Part shown: piece by piece, positions 9,494-19,838 of the stretch
How positions within the stretch are numbered: position 1 is the first letter of the stretch
How the letters are laid out: each line of letters begins with the position of its first letter
NCBI GenBank assembly: GCA_018396675.1
Contig: JAGTQX010000004.1
Location: 3,697-67,696, forward strand
DNA length: 64,000 nt
Direction: 5' to 3'
DNA from: Candidatus Bathyarchaeota archaeon
GTDB lineage: Archaea > Thermoproteota > Bathyarchaeia > Bathyarchaeales > Bathycorpusculaceae
The notes under the pieces: model-generated
The model's database searches: none
Told to the model about the DNA's origin: nothing
Seen by the model: the letters and a program-made list of their open reading frames with translations, nothing else
Translations under genes and position numbers: made by a program

Positions 9494-10780
9494 TTGAGCG
9501 AGTATGATATCGTGGTGGTTGGGGCGGGTGTCATCGGTTTATCAACAGCCTACCACATTAAATGTCGTCATCCAAATCTGAAGGTTTTAGTTGTTGACAA
9601 GTTTAACGCCGCTGGACAAGGAAGCACTGCAAAAAGCGCCTCGGCTTTCCGTTGCTTATTTTCATCTTACGTGAATTATATGTTGTCTGATTCGTCTGTT
9701 GACTTTTACATTTATGTGCAGGAAAAAATGAATGTGGATTTGAAACTGTCGAAAGTAGGCTATCTCTGGCTCTTATGTGAGGATGATTATAAGGAGTTAA
9801 ATCCAGTTTTGAGAGATTTGGCGTCTAAAAACTTGAATTATAAAGAGTATGAGGCTGACGAGCTTGCTGACAAACTGGGATTAGTCGTGCATTTGGCTGA
9901 CGACGAAGAAGCTGAATTAATGGGGTTAAAAGACGTTTATAAAGGAATTTTTATTCCAAAAGCTGGAATTGTTGACGCTGACTGCATTGTAAAATTCTAT
10001 GAAAGCGAGTTTTTGAGACTCGGCGGAGAAATACATTACGGCGTTAAGGTTGAAAATATTCTAGTTGAGCCATGTAAACCTCTCGGAATACCAGACGAGC
10101 CTTTCTTCTGGCAAGAATCAAGAGTTTCAGGAGTTAAAACAGACGCGGGAGTTCTTAAGGCGAAGAAAACGATTTTAGCTGCTGGAGCATGGATTCCACA
10201 GCTTCTAGACACTGTTGGAATTGAATGCTTCATAAAACCTAGAAAAAGACAAATTTTCGCTGTTCAAACAAATAAACCGCTTTTGAAAAAGCTTCTTTTC
10301 ACCAAAGGATTCAACTCCGCTGGATGTATACCATTCACTATTTTGCCGAAACCCAGAATCTATGCAAGACCATTTCCAACAGAAGGAGTATTCTGGCTTA
10401 GCTACGCAGACGACTTTCCAAGAGCTTTTAAACTTGAAGAAAACCCGCAACCGGAGAAAAACTTCTACGAATGCGGCATATATCAAGTTCTCGTGAAATA
10501 TTTTCCACAGTTCAAAGACTGCCGCCCATACTCTGCATTTGCTGGATTATATGAAATCAACACTTTGGATGGTCATCCAGTAGTTTTTGAAGAGAACGAT
10601 TTACTGGTCGCAGGAGGCGCAAGCGGAAGCGGAATCATGAAAGCAGATGCTATAGGACGCGTGGCAGCAGCACTTTACGAAGGAGAGAAGTATGCACTTC
10701 TTTACGGAGACAGAAAGTTCAAAGTCAGCGATTTAAGCATCAAAGAAAGAAACATTGAACTTGAAAAACTTCAAATTTAA
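9494..10780 (+). CDS. FAD-dependent oxidoreductase, DAO/sarcosine oxidase beta/proline dehydrogenase beta family
   Basis: VVVGAGVIGLSTAYH, GSTAKSA, AAGAW, AGLYE...DGHP, GSGIMKADAIG. Confidence 0.88.
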   Translation: MSEYDIVVVGAGVIGLSTAYHIKCRHPNLKVLVVDKFNAAGQGSTAKSASAFRCLFSSYVNYMLSDSSVDFYIYVQEKMNVDLKLSKVGYLWLLCEDDYKELNPVLRDLASKNLNYKEYEADELADKLGLVVHLADDEEAELMGLKDVYKGIFIPKAGIVDADCIVKFYESEFLRLGGEIHYGVKVENILVEPCKPLGIPDEPFFWQESRVSGVKTDAGVLKAKKTILAAGAWIPQLLDTVGIECFIKPRKRQIFAVQTNKPLLKKLLFTKGFNSAGCIPFTILPKPRIYARPFPTEGVFWLSYADDFPRAFKLEENPQPEKNFYECGIYQVLVKYFPQFKDCRPYSAFAGLYEINTLDGHPVVFEENDLLVAGGASGSGIMKADAIGRVAAALYEGEKYALLYGDRKFKVSDLSIKERNIELEKLQI

Positions 10781-10847
10781 GCAATCTGAATAGTGAATTT
10801 TATTAATCATAAGATACAATATGCGGCATGTTGAGGATGGTGAACTC

Positions 10848-12680
10848 ATGTTTGGTTGGAACGGCCAATTTCTAAGAGTGAACCTTACAAAACAAAAAGC
10901 TACAGTGGAGAAATACGATGCTCAGATGGCTAGAAAGTTTCTAGGCGGTAGAGGATTTGCAATAAAAATCTTGTGGGATGAACTTAAGATTGGCGTTGAC
11001 CCACTATCACCTGAAAACTTGCTTGTGCTTGCCGCTGGACCATTAACTGGCTTTGCTTTGCCAAGCAGCGGAAAACTTGTTGTTGCCGCAAAAAGTCCTT
11101 TGACGGGAGGCTATGGAGATGGAAACATAGGAACACATGCGGCGGTTCACATGCGCAAGGCTGGTTATGACGCGGTAATAATTGAGGGCAAGGCTGAAAA
11201 ACCGACAGTCCTTCTCATTCAAGATGCTACAACAGAATTTTTAGACGCAAAAGAATTGTGGGGCTTAAACACGTTTGAAACAGAAGACAAATTAAGAAGT
11301 CTTTACGGCCCAACAGCGGGAATTCTATCAATCGGACAGGGCGGAGAAAACCTCGTAAAATTCGCCAACATAATATCGCAGAAAGGAAGAGGCGGCGGAA
11401 GACCAGGAATGGGCGCGGTTATGGGGTCAAAAAACCTTAAAGCAATAGTGATTCTTGGTTCTGGAGAGTTGCCAGCCGCCAACCCGAAAGAATTGAAAGC
11501 GTTAGGCGCCGAAGCTTACAGGGAAATATTGACGAAACCGAATTATGCCTTCTGGAAACGCCAAGGCACAATGATGACCATCGAGTGGAGCCAAGAAAAC
11601 AGCGTCTTACCAACCTACAACTACAGCGAAGGAGTATTTGAAGACGCAGACGCCATAGGCGGTTTTTCAATGGAAAAAATCAAGTTTACACAGCGAGGCT
11701 GCCCAAACTGCAACATGATATGCGGCAACACCGTCAAGGACTCTGACCGAAAAGATTCAGAGCTTGATTATGAAAACGTTGCCATGCTCGGTTCAAACAT
11801 CGGCGTTGGCGACTTGAAAAAAGTTGCAACACTTAACAGACTCGCCGACGAATTTGGATTAGATACAATCTCGTTAGGAAATGTTATCGGCTTCGCAATG
11901 GAAGCCTCAGAAAAAGGATTAATAAAAGAAAAAATTTCATGGGGCGATTACAAAGCGTCAAGAACTTTAATTGAAGACATCGCTTACAAGCGAGGATTAG
12001 GTGGAATGCTCGCAGAGGGCGTCAAATTTGCAGCTGAAAAAATTGGAGAAAACGCAAGCCGATTTGCTGTACAAGTAAAAGGATTAGAGGTTTCAGCGTA
12101 TGATTGTCACGCTGCACCGGCAATGGCTCTGTCCTATGCAACGAGCGCGATAGGAGCCCATCATAAAGATGCTTGGGTAATATCATGGGAAGTTAAAGTT
12201 GGAAGAGACCGTTATAGTGAGGAAAAAGTAGACAAAGTCATTGAGTTACAGCGCATCCGTGGAGGCTTCTTTGAATGTGCAACAGCTTGCAGGCTACCAT
12301 GGGTTGAGCTTGGCTTTGAACTTGAATGGTACCCAAAGTTTCTACATGCCGCAACCGGCATAGAAATGAGTTGGGAAGAGTTAAACACTATAGCTGACAG
12401 AATGTACACTTTAATTCGCGCATTCTGGGTGCGTGAATACGGCAAAAAATGGAACAGAGAAATGGACTTTCCACCAGCTAAATGGTTCGAAACCCAGTTG
12501 TCTAAAGGCAACTTGAAAGGCGCAAAACTTGACAGAGCAAAATATGAGGTTATGCTGAAAACGTACTACAAGAAAAGAGGATGGGATGAAAGAGGCATAC
12601 CGACAAAGACTACGCTTGAAAAATTGGGCTTAAAGGATGAGGCAAAACAGCTCAAAAAACGCGTTGAGTTATGGGAATGA
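10848..12680 (+). CDS. for: Tungsten-containing formaldehyde:ferredoxin oxidoreductase-like enzyme (AOR family, FOR clade)
   Basis: KSPLTGGYGDGN, GRPGMGAVMGSK, FWKRQGTM, QRGCPNCNMICGN, SELDYENVA, SAIGAHHK; closely resembles Pyrococcus FOR as recalled. Confidence 0.88.
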   Translation: MFGWNGQFLRVNLTKQKATVEKYDAQMARKFLGGRGFAIKILWDELKIGVDPLSPENLLVLAAGPLTGFALPSSGKLVVAAKSPLTGGYGDGNIGTHAAVHMRKAGYDAVIIEGKAEKPTVLLIQDATTEFLDAKELWGLNTFETEDKLRSLYGPTAGILSIGQGGENLVKFANIISQKGRGGGRPGMGAVMGSKNLKAIVILGSGELPAANPKELKALGAEAYREILTKPNYAFWKRQGTMMTIEWSQENSVLPTYNYSEGVFEDADAIGGFSMEKIKFTQRGCPNCNMICGNTVKDSDRKDSELDYENVAMLGSNIGVGDLKKVATLNRLADEFGLDTISLGNVIGFAMEASEKGLIKEKISWGDYKASRTLIEDIAYKRGLGGMLAEGVKFAAEKIGENASRFAVQVKGLEVSAYDCHAAPAMALSYATSAIGAHHKDAWVISWEVKVGRDRYSEEKVDKVIELQRIRGGFFECATACRLPWVELGFELEWYPKFLHAATGIEMSWEELNTIADRMYTLIRAFWVREYGKKWNREMDFPPAKWFETQLSKGNLKGAKLDRAKYEVMLKTYYKKRGWDERGIPTKTTLEKLGLKDEAKQLKKRVELWE

Positions 12681-12721
12681 AAAAGGCTTGAGTAAAGCGC
12701 TAGACAATAAGCGTGAGCGTA

Positions 12722-14164
12722 CTAGTACGACCTTGCGAAGTAAACCACTTCTTTGGCTTTCCCGCCGCAATAGACACAGTTGGAAAACGGTGTTTCTTTC
12801 TCGAACGGAATCAGCCTGATAGTTGCACCTGTCTCCTCCTTTATTTTTTCTTCACATTGCGAGTTTAGACAGAACGAGGCTCTAATGAAGCCGCCTTTAT
12901 CTTTCAAGACTTGCTTGAAATCTTCATAGTTTTGGACAGTTGTTATTTTTTCTTCAAGAAACTTTTTGGCCTTGTTGAACAAGCTATTCTGTATGTCCAC
13001 AAGAAGTTGCGCTACAGCGTTTACCACTTCTTCATCTTTCACTGTGATTTTTTCGAAAGTGTCCCTTCTTGCAAGCGTCACTTGCCTATTCTTCAAGTCT
13101 CTTGGGCCGATCTCGATTCTTAATGGCACACCTTTAAGTTCCCAATCGTTAAACTTCCATCCCGGCGTGTACTCTTTCCTATCGTCTAGTACGACGGATA
13201 TTCCGGCTTTCTGTAGTCTAGTGTAGATTTCCTCTGCCTTTGCAAGTATAGCACTTGTGTCAGTACTCCTGTATGGGATTGGAATTATTACTGCTTGCAC
13301 TGGAGCAATTTTCGGAGGCAAAACAAGTCCTTTATCGTCTCCGTGAACCATCACTAATGCGCCTATTAAACGTGTGGATATTCCCCAGGAAGTTTGCCAA
13401 ACATAGTGTTCTTTTTCGTCTTCGCCTATGAATTTGATGTCGAAAACTTTTGAAAAATTCTGTCCAAGATTATGTGATGTGCCCATCTGTAAGGCTTTTC
13501 CATCAGGCATCATCGCTTCTATGGTTGTAGTGTAGAGGGCTCCAGCGAATTTTTCATTCTCTGATTTTATCCCTGCAAGTACTGGGATAGCCAGATAACT
13601 CTCCATCAAATCGCGGTACTCATTGAGGATTTCCATGACTTCTTTGTCGGCTTCCTCTTTTGTAGCGTGTGCCGTGTGACCTTCTTGCCAGAGGAATTCC
13701 CTTGTCCGCAGGAAAAGCTTTGTTGCTTTTGTTTCCCACCTTACGACGCTGCACCATTGGTTCAGTTTTATCGGCAAGTCTCTCCAGCTTCTAATCCACT
13801 TGGCGTAAGTAGCGTAAATTATAGTCTCAGAAGTTGGTCTTATTGCAAGCTTCTCTTCTAATGGTGAATCGCCGCCCATTGTAACCCATGCTACTTCTGG
13901 GACGAAGCCGGCGAAGTGTTCCGCTTCTTTTTTCAGAAAGCTTTCAGGTATGAATAGGGGGAAGTAAACGTTTTTGTGTCCAATGCGTTTTATTTTTTCG
14001 TTAAAGATTTCCTGGATTTTTTCCCATATGGCATAGGAAAGTTCTCTGAAGATCATGCAGCCTTTTATTGGCGCGTAATCGGCAAGCCCAGACTTCAAAA
14101 CTACTTGTGTATACCATTCTGAGAAGTCTTCTGATTTTTTAACGGTGATTCCAACATCTGACAT
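12722..14164 (-). CDS. proS: Proline--tRNA ligase, archaeal/eukaryotic type
   Basis: IRPTSET, FLRTREFLWQEGHT, GTSHNLGQNF, C-terminal Zn site and ARSY end. Confidence 0.98.
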   Translation of the reverse strand: MSDVGITVKKSEDFSEWYTQVVLKSGLADYAPIKGCMIFRELSYAIWEKIQEIFNEKIKRIGHKNVYFPLFIPESFLKKEAEHFAGFVPEVAWVTMGGDSPLEEKLAIRPTSETIIYATYAKWIRSWRDLPIKLNQWCSVVRWETKATKLFLRTREFLWQEGHTAHATKEEADKEVMEILNEYRDLMESYLAIPVLAGIKSENEKFAGALYTTTIEAMMPDGKALQMGTSHNLGQNFSKVFDIKFIGEDEKEHYVWQTSWGISTRLIGALVMVHGDDKGLVLPPKIAPVQAVIIPIPYRSTDTSAILAKAEEIYTRLQKAGISVVLDDRKEYTPGWKFNDWELKGVPLRIEIGPRDLKNRQVTLARRDTFEKITVKDEEVVNAVAQLLVDIQNSLFNKAKKFLEEKITTVQNYEDFKQVLKDKGGFIRASFCLNSQCEEKIKEETGATIRLIPFEKETPFSNCVYCGGKAKEVVYFARSY

Positions 14165-14416
14165 TTTATCATCTTCCCCTTTTCTGGTTTTTAGTTGAAT
14201 ATAATTCTGTTGTATTTACAGTTTTGAAAGTAGGCAACTTGCGGAAAACTTTAGCGATGTGGAACTGAATCGCCCATTTTCAACCACTCGCAATTAGAGA
14301 CACAAGCATATTATTTAAAGTTTCTTCCATAGACAACAGCTCTTTTCGACAACAAGTGTTTTAACTGCAAAAAGAACAACTTAAGAAATTGAGCACGGGT
14401 TAAGGTGCAATCTAAA

Positions 14417-15655
14417 TTGAAGGCGCTTCTTATAATCGGAGATGGAATGGCGGATAGACCATCAAAAGAATTTGGCGGAAAAACTCCATTAGAAACAGCT
14501 GACAAACCAGCAATGAATCACATGGCAAACATGGGAATCTGCGGCATTATGGATCCTATTGCGCCGGGCATCCAGCCAGGCAGTGATACAGCCACGCTTG
14601 CTCTTCTGGGCTATAATGCTTTTAAGGTCTATTCCGGAAGGGGTGCTTTAGAGGCTCTGGGATCGGGAATGAATGTTTCTGATGGTGATGTTGGGTTTAG
14701 GTGCAATTTTGCGACTGTAAATGAAAACTTGAAGGTTTTGGATAGGAGAGCTGGCAGAATAGACGACGCTGAGGCTTCTAAACTTGCTGAAAGCCTAAAA
14801 AAAGTGGAATTGTCGAGTTCTTCTATGGAATTTACGTTTAAGAACACGGTTCAGCACAGGGCAGCTCTAGTTCTGCATGGTTCAAAACTCTCGTCTGCTG
14901 TAAGCAGTTCAGACCCCGGAGTTGATGGTGAAAAAGTTTCGGTTATAAAACCGTTAGATGACAGCCCCGAAGCCAAGTTTACAGCTAACATTCTCAACGA
15001 GCTTACACAAAAGTTTTATGAGGTTCTCAAAAAGCATCCAGTTAATGTTGAACGAGTCAAACGTGGACTGCCGCCTGCAAACATTGTATTGTTTAGAGGC
15101 GCTGGCACGATTCCAAAACTTAAGCCACTAAATGAAGCGTACGGCATAAAGGCATCATGCATTGCTGCTGTCCCTTTAATTCGCGGCGTATGCAAGGTAG
15201 CGGGCATGCAACTGTTGGATGTTAAAGGCGCAACTGGAACTTTACAGACTGACTACATGGCCAAAGCCAAAGCAGCTGTTCAAGCGTTAAAAATGGGCGA
15301 CCTAGCCCTATTACATGTAAAAGCTCCGGATGTGGCCAGCCACGATGGAAACTTCAAGCAGAAAATCGAAGTTATCGAGAAAATCGACCACATGCTCGCC
15401 TACATACTTAATAAAATTGATTTAAGTGAGACTTATGTGGCTTTAACATCCGACCATACAACTTCGTGCACAACGAGAAGCCATGAAGGAGACCCTGTCC
15501 CAGTAGCCATAATGGGACCATACGTCCGAAGGGATGATGTTGAAGAATTCGGAGAGAGAACATGCGCAAAAGGCGGTTTACTGCGAATTCGGGGTAAAGA
15601 CTTAATGCATATCCTGATGAATCTTATTGGCAGAGCAAAAAAATTTGGGTTCTAG
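14417..15655 (+). CDS. apgM: 2,3-bisphosphoglycerate-independent phosphoglycerate mutase (archaeal ApgM)
   Basis: IIGDGMADRP, PGSDTA, HVKAPDVASHDG, TSDHTT, HEGDPVP. Confidence 0.95.
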   Translation: MKALLIIGDGMADRPSKEFGGKTPLETADKPAMNHMANMGICGIMDPIAPGIQPGSDTATLALLGYNAFKVYSGRGALEALGSGMNVSDGDVGFRCNFATVNENLKVLDRRAGRIDDAEASKLAESLKKVELSSSSMEFTFKNTVQHRAALVLHGSKLSSAVSSSDPGVDGEKVSVIKPLDDSPEAKFTANILNELTQKFYEVLKKHPVNVERVKRGLPPANIVLFRGAGTIPKLKPLNEAYGIKASCIAAVPLIRGVCKVAGMQLLDVKGATGTLQTDYMAKAKAAVQALKMGDLALLHVKAPDVASHDGNFKQKIEVIEKIDHMLAYILNKIDLSETYVALTSDHTTSCTTRSHEGDPVPVAIMGPYVRRDDVEEFGERTCAKGGLLRIRGKDLMHILMNLIGRAKKFGF

Positions 15656-15672
15656 CCCCCCTCTTTTCATGG

Positions 15673-16794
15673 CTAATGCACGGGCATTAAGCGCCATTCA
15701 CGGTAGTCAGTCACAACTTTAACATAACCTCTAAGCATGGCGTCTGTCTCCGCGTCTCCAGTGTCGACTCTTAAAACGTTTCCTTCTACGTTGCGGAGTT
15801 TGCTCTTTGTGGCTACGACTATTATTTTTTGTTTTCCAACACGTTTTATAATTTCAGGACTTATCTGCTGGTTTCCCCTTCCAAATAATATTCCTTGGCG
15901 GCCTATAGGGGAGACAATTATCCATGTGTTTTGCCAGTCTTCCACGTTTTCAATAATCTTCTTTTCATCCACGTCTAGGATTACTTTACCTTGTTTGTAT
16001 ATGTCTACGCCGAGAAGTGTTTTAGGAACGCCGAGAAGTTCAGCCAAGCATTTTACGGTTGTTCCCGGCCCAAAAATGTATGTCGCATCAGGCTGCATTT
16101 CCTCAATTATGAATTTGGCTATAGCTATTTGGTTTTCCTTTTCATCCATAGTCTCTGGGCTTACCTGCTTGCTTCTTTGAATTCGCATTGGAAGGAAGGG
16201 ACACTTCAAGAAACCGTAAAGTTTAATCATGAACGTGTCGCTTCGAATAGCGGTTTCATCAGCATCCATAACTTCACATTCAGTAATTTCCGCCTTTTTT
16301 CTGACGAAAGCTAAAACAACTTCAACAGCGTCCGCGGGGTTAACAGCGAAAACGCCACTGTACATTTTCACGCCAGAAGGTATCCCTAACACTGGTATTT
16401 CAGCGCCCTTTTCTCTTAATGCATCTAAAATGTCTTTTGCGGTGCCGTCTCCGCCAACAAACACGATGAGGTCTACTTTAGCGTCTGCCAAAAATTTAAC
16501 AGCCTCTTTCGTGTCTTCAGCCGTTGTCTCCTCTCCAATTTTGATGGGTAAAACTTGAATGGTTATGCCGACACTTTTTGCTTCATCTTCGCCCATGGCT
16601 CTTGCGCAAGTTAAAATTTCTATTTCGCCTTCAAATACTGCCTTTTTTAATTCCTGCAGAAATTCCGCAGCCCTTTTCGGAGAAACGGGCTTAGCGCCTC
16701 TTGCAACAGCCTCTTTTAAGACACCATCTGTTCCTTTGAGACCAACACGTCCGCCCATGCCGGCAATTGGATTAACAATGAAACCCAATTTCAT
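15673..16794 (-). CDS. ATP-NAD kinase family protein (COG3199-like)
   Basis: NPIAGMGGRVGLKGTDG, GGDGTA, PSGVKMYSGVFA, GRGNQQISP. Confidence 0.9.
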   Translation of the reverse strand: MKLGFIVNPIAGMGGRVGLKGTDGVLKEAVARGAKPVSPKRAAEFLQELKKAVFEGEIEILTCARAMGEDEAKSVGITIQVLPIKIGEETTAEDTKEAVKFLADAKVDLIVFVGGDGTAKDILDALREKGAEIPVLGIPSGVKMYSGVFAVNPADAVEVVLAFVRKKAEITECEVMDADETAIRSDTFMIKLYGFLKCPFLPMRIQRSKQVSPETMDEKENQIAIAKFIIEEMQPDATYIFGPGTTVKCLAELLGVPKTLLGVDIYKQGKVILDVDEKKIIENVEDWQNTWIIVSPIGRQGILFGRGNQQISPEIIKRVGKQKIIVVATKSKLRNVEGNVLRVDTGDAETDAMLRGYVKVVTDYREWRLMPVH

Positions 16795-16856
16795 GCATAT
16801 CGCTCTTACAATTTTATTGCATAAGTTATAAACGATTTTGAAGCATAAAAGAAGTT

Positions 16857-17468
16857 ATGATGAACACTTTTGGAACATTCTCGATTTTAGCCATTTCAAA
16901 AGATTGCAAACTGCTGGGTGTTGCTGTGGCGTCAGGCTCAACCGCAGTCGGCTCAAGGGTACCACACGCAAAACCAGGCGTAGGTGTAATCGCAACTCAA
17001 GCTTACACAAATGTGGTTTATGGGGTTGAGGGCTTAAAACTTCTTTCAGATGGGCTTTCACCAGAAGATGCCCTTAAAAGGCTTCTTGCAAACGATTGTC
17101 AAAAGGATTTGCGACAAGTGGCAATAATGGATTTTGCCGGAAGAAAAACGGTTTTCACAGGAAACGCAACCCCTGAGAAGCGTGGAGAAATTGTTGGCGA
17201 AAATTTTATTGTAATTGGCAATTTTTTGAGAAGTGAAAAAGTTGTTGAGTGCATGGCAAAAGCTTTCGAGGAGTCAAATGAAAATTTTGCGTCAGGGCTC
17301 ATGGCAGCGTTAAAGGCGGGAAGCGAGAAAGGCGGTGACATGCGAGGCGAAAGGTCAGCAGCCATAATCATTGTTAGTTTAACAAAAACAGAGTTAAAGT
17401 TGAAGATTGACGAAAGCGAATACCCGGTTCAAAAACTTTCAAAGATAATAGAAAAACGGTTGAGCTAA
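16857..17468 (+). CDS. DUF1028-family Ntn-hydrolase-like protein
   Basis: TFSILA...GVAVASGS.AVGSRVP...GVIATQA...RQVA...GGDMRGERSAA. Confidence 0.88.
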   Translation: MMNTFGTFSILAISKDCKLLGVAVASGSTAVGSRVPHAKPGVGVIATQAYTNVVYGVEGLKLLSDGLSPEDALKRLLANDCQKDLRQVAIMDFAGRKTVFTGNATPEKRGEIVGENFIVIGNFLRSEKVVECMAKAFEESNENFASGLMAALKAGSEKGGDMRGERSAAIIIVSLTKTELKLKIDESEYPVQKLSKIIEKRLS

Positions 17469-17549
17469 CGTTAGAAGACGACGTTTAACTCTAAAAGCTC
17501 TTATATACCCTGAAATTTTTAAATTAGACCCTAAAAGGGGACGCTACAA

Positions 17550-18527
17550 ATGTACAGAAAAAGTACGAAGAAAATTCTTGTAACCGGCGCAACCGGCCAA
17601 ATTGGTTCTGAACTTACATTGGAACTACGGCATAAGTACGGCGGCGAAAACGTGATTGCCGCTGGACACAGGAGGAAGCCCGGAGAAAGACTCGTCAGTT
17701 CTGGACCATTTGAGTTTATCGACGTAACCAAAAAAGACGAGCTGGAAAAAATTGTAAAGGAGTACGACATTGACACGGTGTACCATTTGGCGGCTATGCT
17801 GTCGGCTACTGGCGAGGAAAACCCGCAACAAGCATGGAATGTGAACATGGGAAGCTTGTACAACGTTCTCGAAATTGCAAGAGAACATGGTTTAACTAGA
17901 GTTTTTTGGCCAAGCTCGATAGCCGTTTTTGGTCCTGAAGCTCCACGGGTTAAAACCCCGCAGAACACTGTGTTGATACCGAAAACTATGTACGGTGTGA
18001 CAAAGGTTGCTGGAGAGCTTCTCTGCAATTACTATTTTCTACGATATGGCGTTGATGTGCGAAGCGTCCGCTACCCGGGAATAATAAGTAGCGAGACACC
18101 ACCGGGAGGCGGTACAACAGACTACGCGGTTGAAATATTTTACGAGGCGATAAAGAAGAAGCGGTACACTTGCTTTTTAAGAGCTGACACAGTCTTGCCA
18201 ATGATGTATATGCCGGACTGCATAAAAGCTGCAATAAATTTGATGGATGCTGACGCCTCGCGAATAAAATGCCGCACAAGCTACAATGTGGCAGCCATAA
18301 GCTTTTCGCCGGCGGAACTCGTTGCTGAAATCAAGAAGCACATACCGGAATTTGTTTGCGAGTACAAGCCGGACTTTAGGCAGAAAATTGCAGATTCATG
18401 GCCAATGACTATAGATGATTGTGTAGCCCGCGAAGATTGGGGATGGAACCCGGAGTATGATTTGGCTTCGATGACAAGGGACATGATAGAGAAGCTTAAA
18501 AAACGGTTTGCTGAAGGCCGCCTTTAA
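17550..18527 (+). CDS. tdh: L-threonine 3-dehydrogenase (SDR/GalE-like type)
   Basis: GATGQIGSEL, HLAAMLSATGE, PSSIAVFG, YGVTK, PGGGTTDYAV; directly upstream of kbl. Confidence 0.9.
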   Translation: MYRKSTKKILVTGATGQIGSELTLELRHKYGGENVIAAGHRRKPGERLVSSGPFEFIDVTKKDELEKIVKEYDIDTVYHLAAMLSATGEENPQQAWNVNMGSLYNVLEIAREHGLTRVFWPSSIAVFGPEAPRVKTPQNTVLIPKTMYGVTKVAGELLCNYYFLRYGVDVRSVRYPGIISSETPPGGGTTDYAVEIFYEAIKKKRYTCFLRADTVLPMMYMPDCIKAAINLMDADASRIKCRTSYNVAAISFSPAELVAEIKKHIPEFVCEYKPDFRQKIADSWPMTIDDCVAREDWGWNPEYDLASMTRDMIEKLKKRFAEGRL

Positions 18528-18603
18528 TCTTGCTTTTCACTAAGTAAATGTAGGAAACGTTAAAAGAGGAACCGAGTTTAGACTCTAGTAAGAGGTGGAG
18601 AAG

Positions 18604-19803
18604 ATGGTTGAAAGGCATCCGACACGGTACCTAGCCGAGGAGTATGAACGTTTAGTCCGTGAGAACCTCAATTGGGAGCTTAAAATTCTTGAGTCTGCAA
18701 GCGAACCAACATGCGTTGTTAACGGCAAAAAAGTTTTGATGCTGTGCGCAAACAACTATTTGAATCTTGCAACACATCCAAAAGTTGTCAACGCCATGAT
18801 AGAGGCTACACGGAAATACGGTGCAGGAGCTGGAAGCGACAGGTCGATTTCAGGTAACATGCTACTCCACGAGGAACTTGACCGCCGCTTAGCGAAGTTT
18901 AAAGGTGCGCCAGCCTCATTGACCTTCCAGACTGGGTTCATGGTTAACGAAGGATTAATTCCACAGCTTGCCGACAAAGGCGACCTTATTGTTTCAGACG
19001 AGTTAAATCACGGCTCAATAATTGACGGCGCTAGACTTAGCCGTGCTGACAGAGCAATATACAAACACAAGGACGCGGAAGACTTGGCGCGGGTTATGGA
19101 AGAGGCGGAAAAACACGATCCTCCATACAACCACATTTGGATTATAACTGATGGCGTTTTCAGCATGGACGGCGACACTGCGCCGCTTGACAAAATAGCT
19201 AAAATTGCAAAAGAACATGGTGCAGGCGTCTATGTGGACGATGCACATGGCGAAGGTGTTTTAGGCGAAGGCGGACGCGGAATTGTAAGCCACTACAAGC
19301 TTAGACGAGATGAAGTGCATGTGGAAATGGGAACCTTTTCAAAAGCTTTCGGCGTCATAGGCGGGCACATAACCGGAAGTGAAGAACTACGCAACTTTGC
19401 CTACAACAAAACGCGAAGTTGGCTACTCAGCGGCGCGGTTCCGCCAGGAGTGGCAGCAGCATGCATAGCGGCAATAGATGTCCTAGAAACAGAACCGCAA
19501 CATGTTAGAAAAGTTTGGGAGAACCGGAAACACCTTCTTGAAGCGTTTCAGGACGCGGGATTTGACACTGGAAACACTGAAACCCCGATAATTCCGGTCA
19601 TGTGCGGCAAAAGCAAGGCTGCAAGGGACTTGGCGGACTACCTTTGGACGAAAGGAATCTTTGTATTGCCAATCTTCTATCCAATGGTTGCAAGAGACAA
19701 AGCCAGAATCCGCGTGCAAGTATGCACAAAACACACAACAGAACAGTTAGACATGGCTGCAGAAGCCTTCAAAGAAGGCGGCAAAAAACTCGGAATAATC
19801 TAA
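18604..19803 (+). CDS. kbl: 2-amino-3-ketobutyrate CoA ligase (glycine C-acetyltransferase; AOS/BioF family)
   Basis: CANNYL, SDELNHGSIIDG, TDGVFSMDGD, VDDAHG, GTFSKAFG; follows tdh. Confidence 0.88.
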   Translation: MVERHPTRYLAEEYERLVRENLNWELKILESASEPTCVVNGKKVLMLCANNYLNLATHPKVVNAMIEATRKYGAGAGSDRSISGNMLLHEELDRRLAKFKGAPASLTFQTGFMVNEGLIPQLADKGDLIVSDELNHGSIIDGARLSRADRAIYKHKDAEDLARVMEEAEKHDPPYNHIWIITDGVFSMDGDTAPLDKIAKIAKEHGAGVYVDDAHGEGVLGEGGRGIVSHYKLRRDEVHVEMGTFSKAFGVIGGHITGSEELRNFAYNKTRSWLLSGAVPPGVAAACIAAIDVLETEPQHVRKVWENRKHLLEAFQDAGFDTGNTETPIIPVMCGKSKAARDLADYLWTKGIFVLPIFYPMVARDKARIRVQVCTKHTTEQLDMAAEAFKEGGKKLGII

Positions 19804-19838
19804 AACGTTAAAACCTTCAACTTCCCCATTTTCATTTA

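Noticed and set aside
14250..14280. GCGAT...CTGA-ATCGC hairpin as a C/D box sRNA
   Set aside because: No proper RUGAUGA C box and too short for guide regions.
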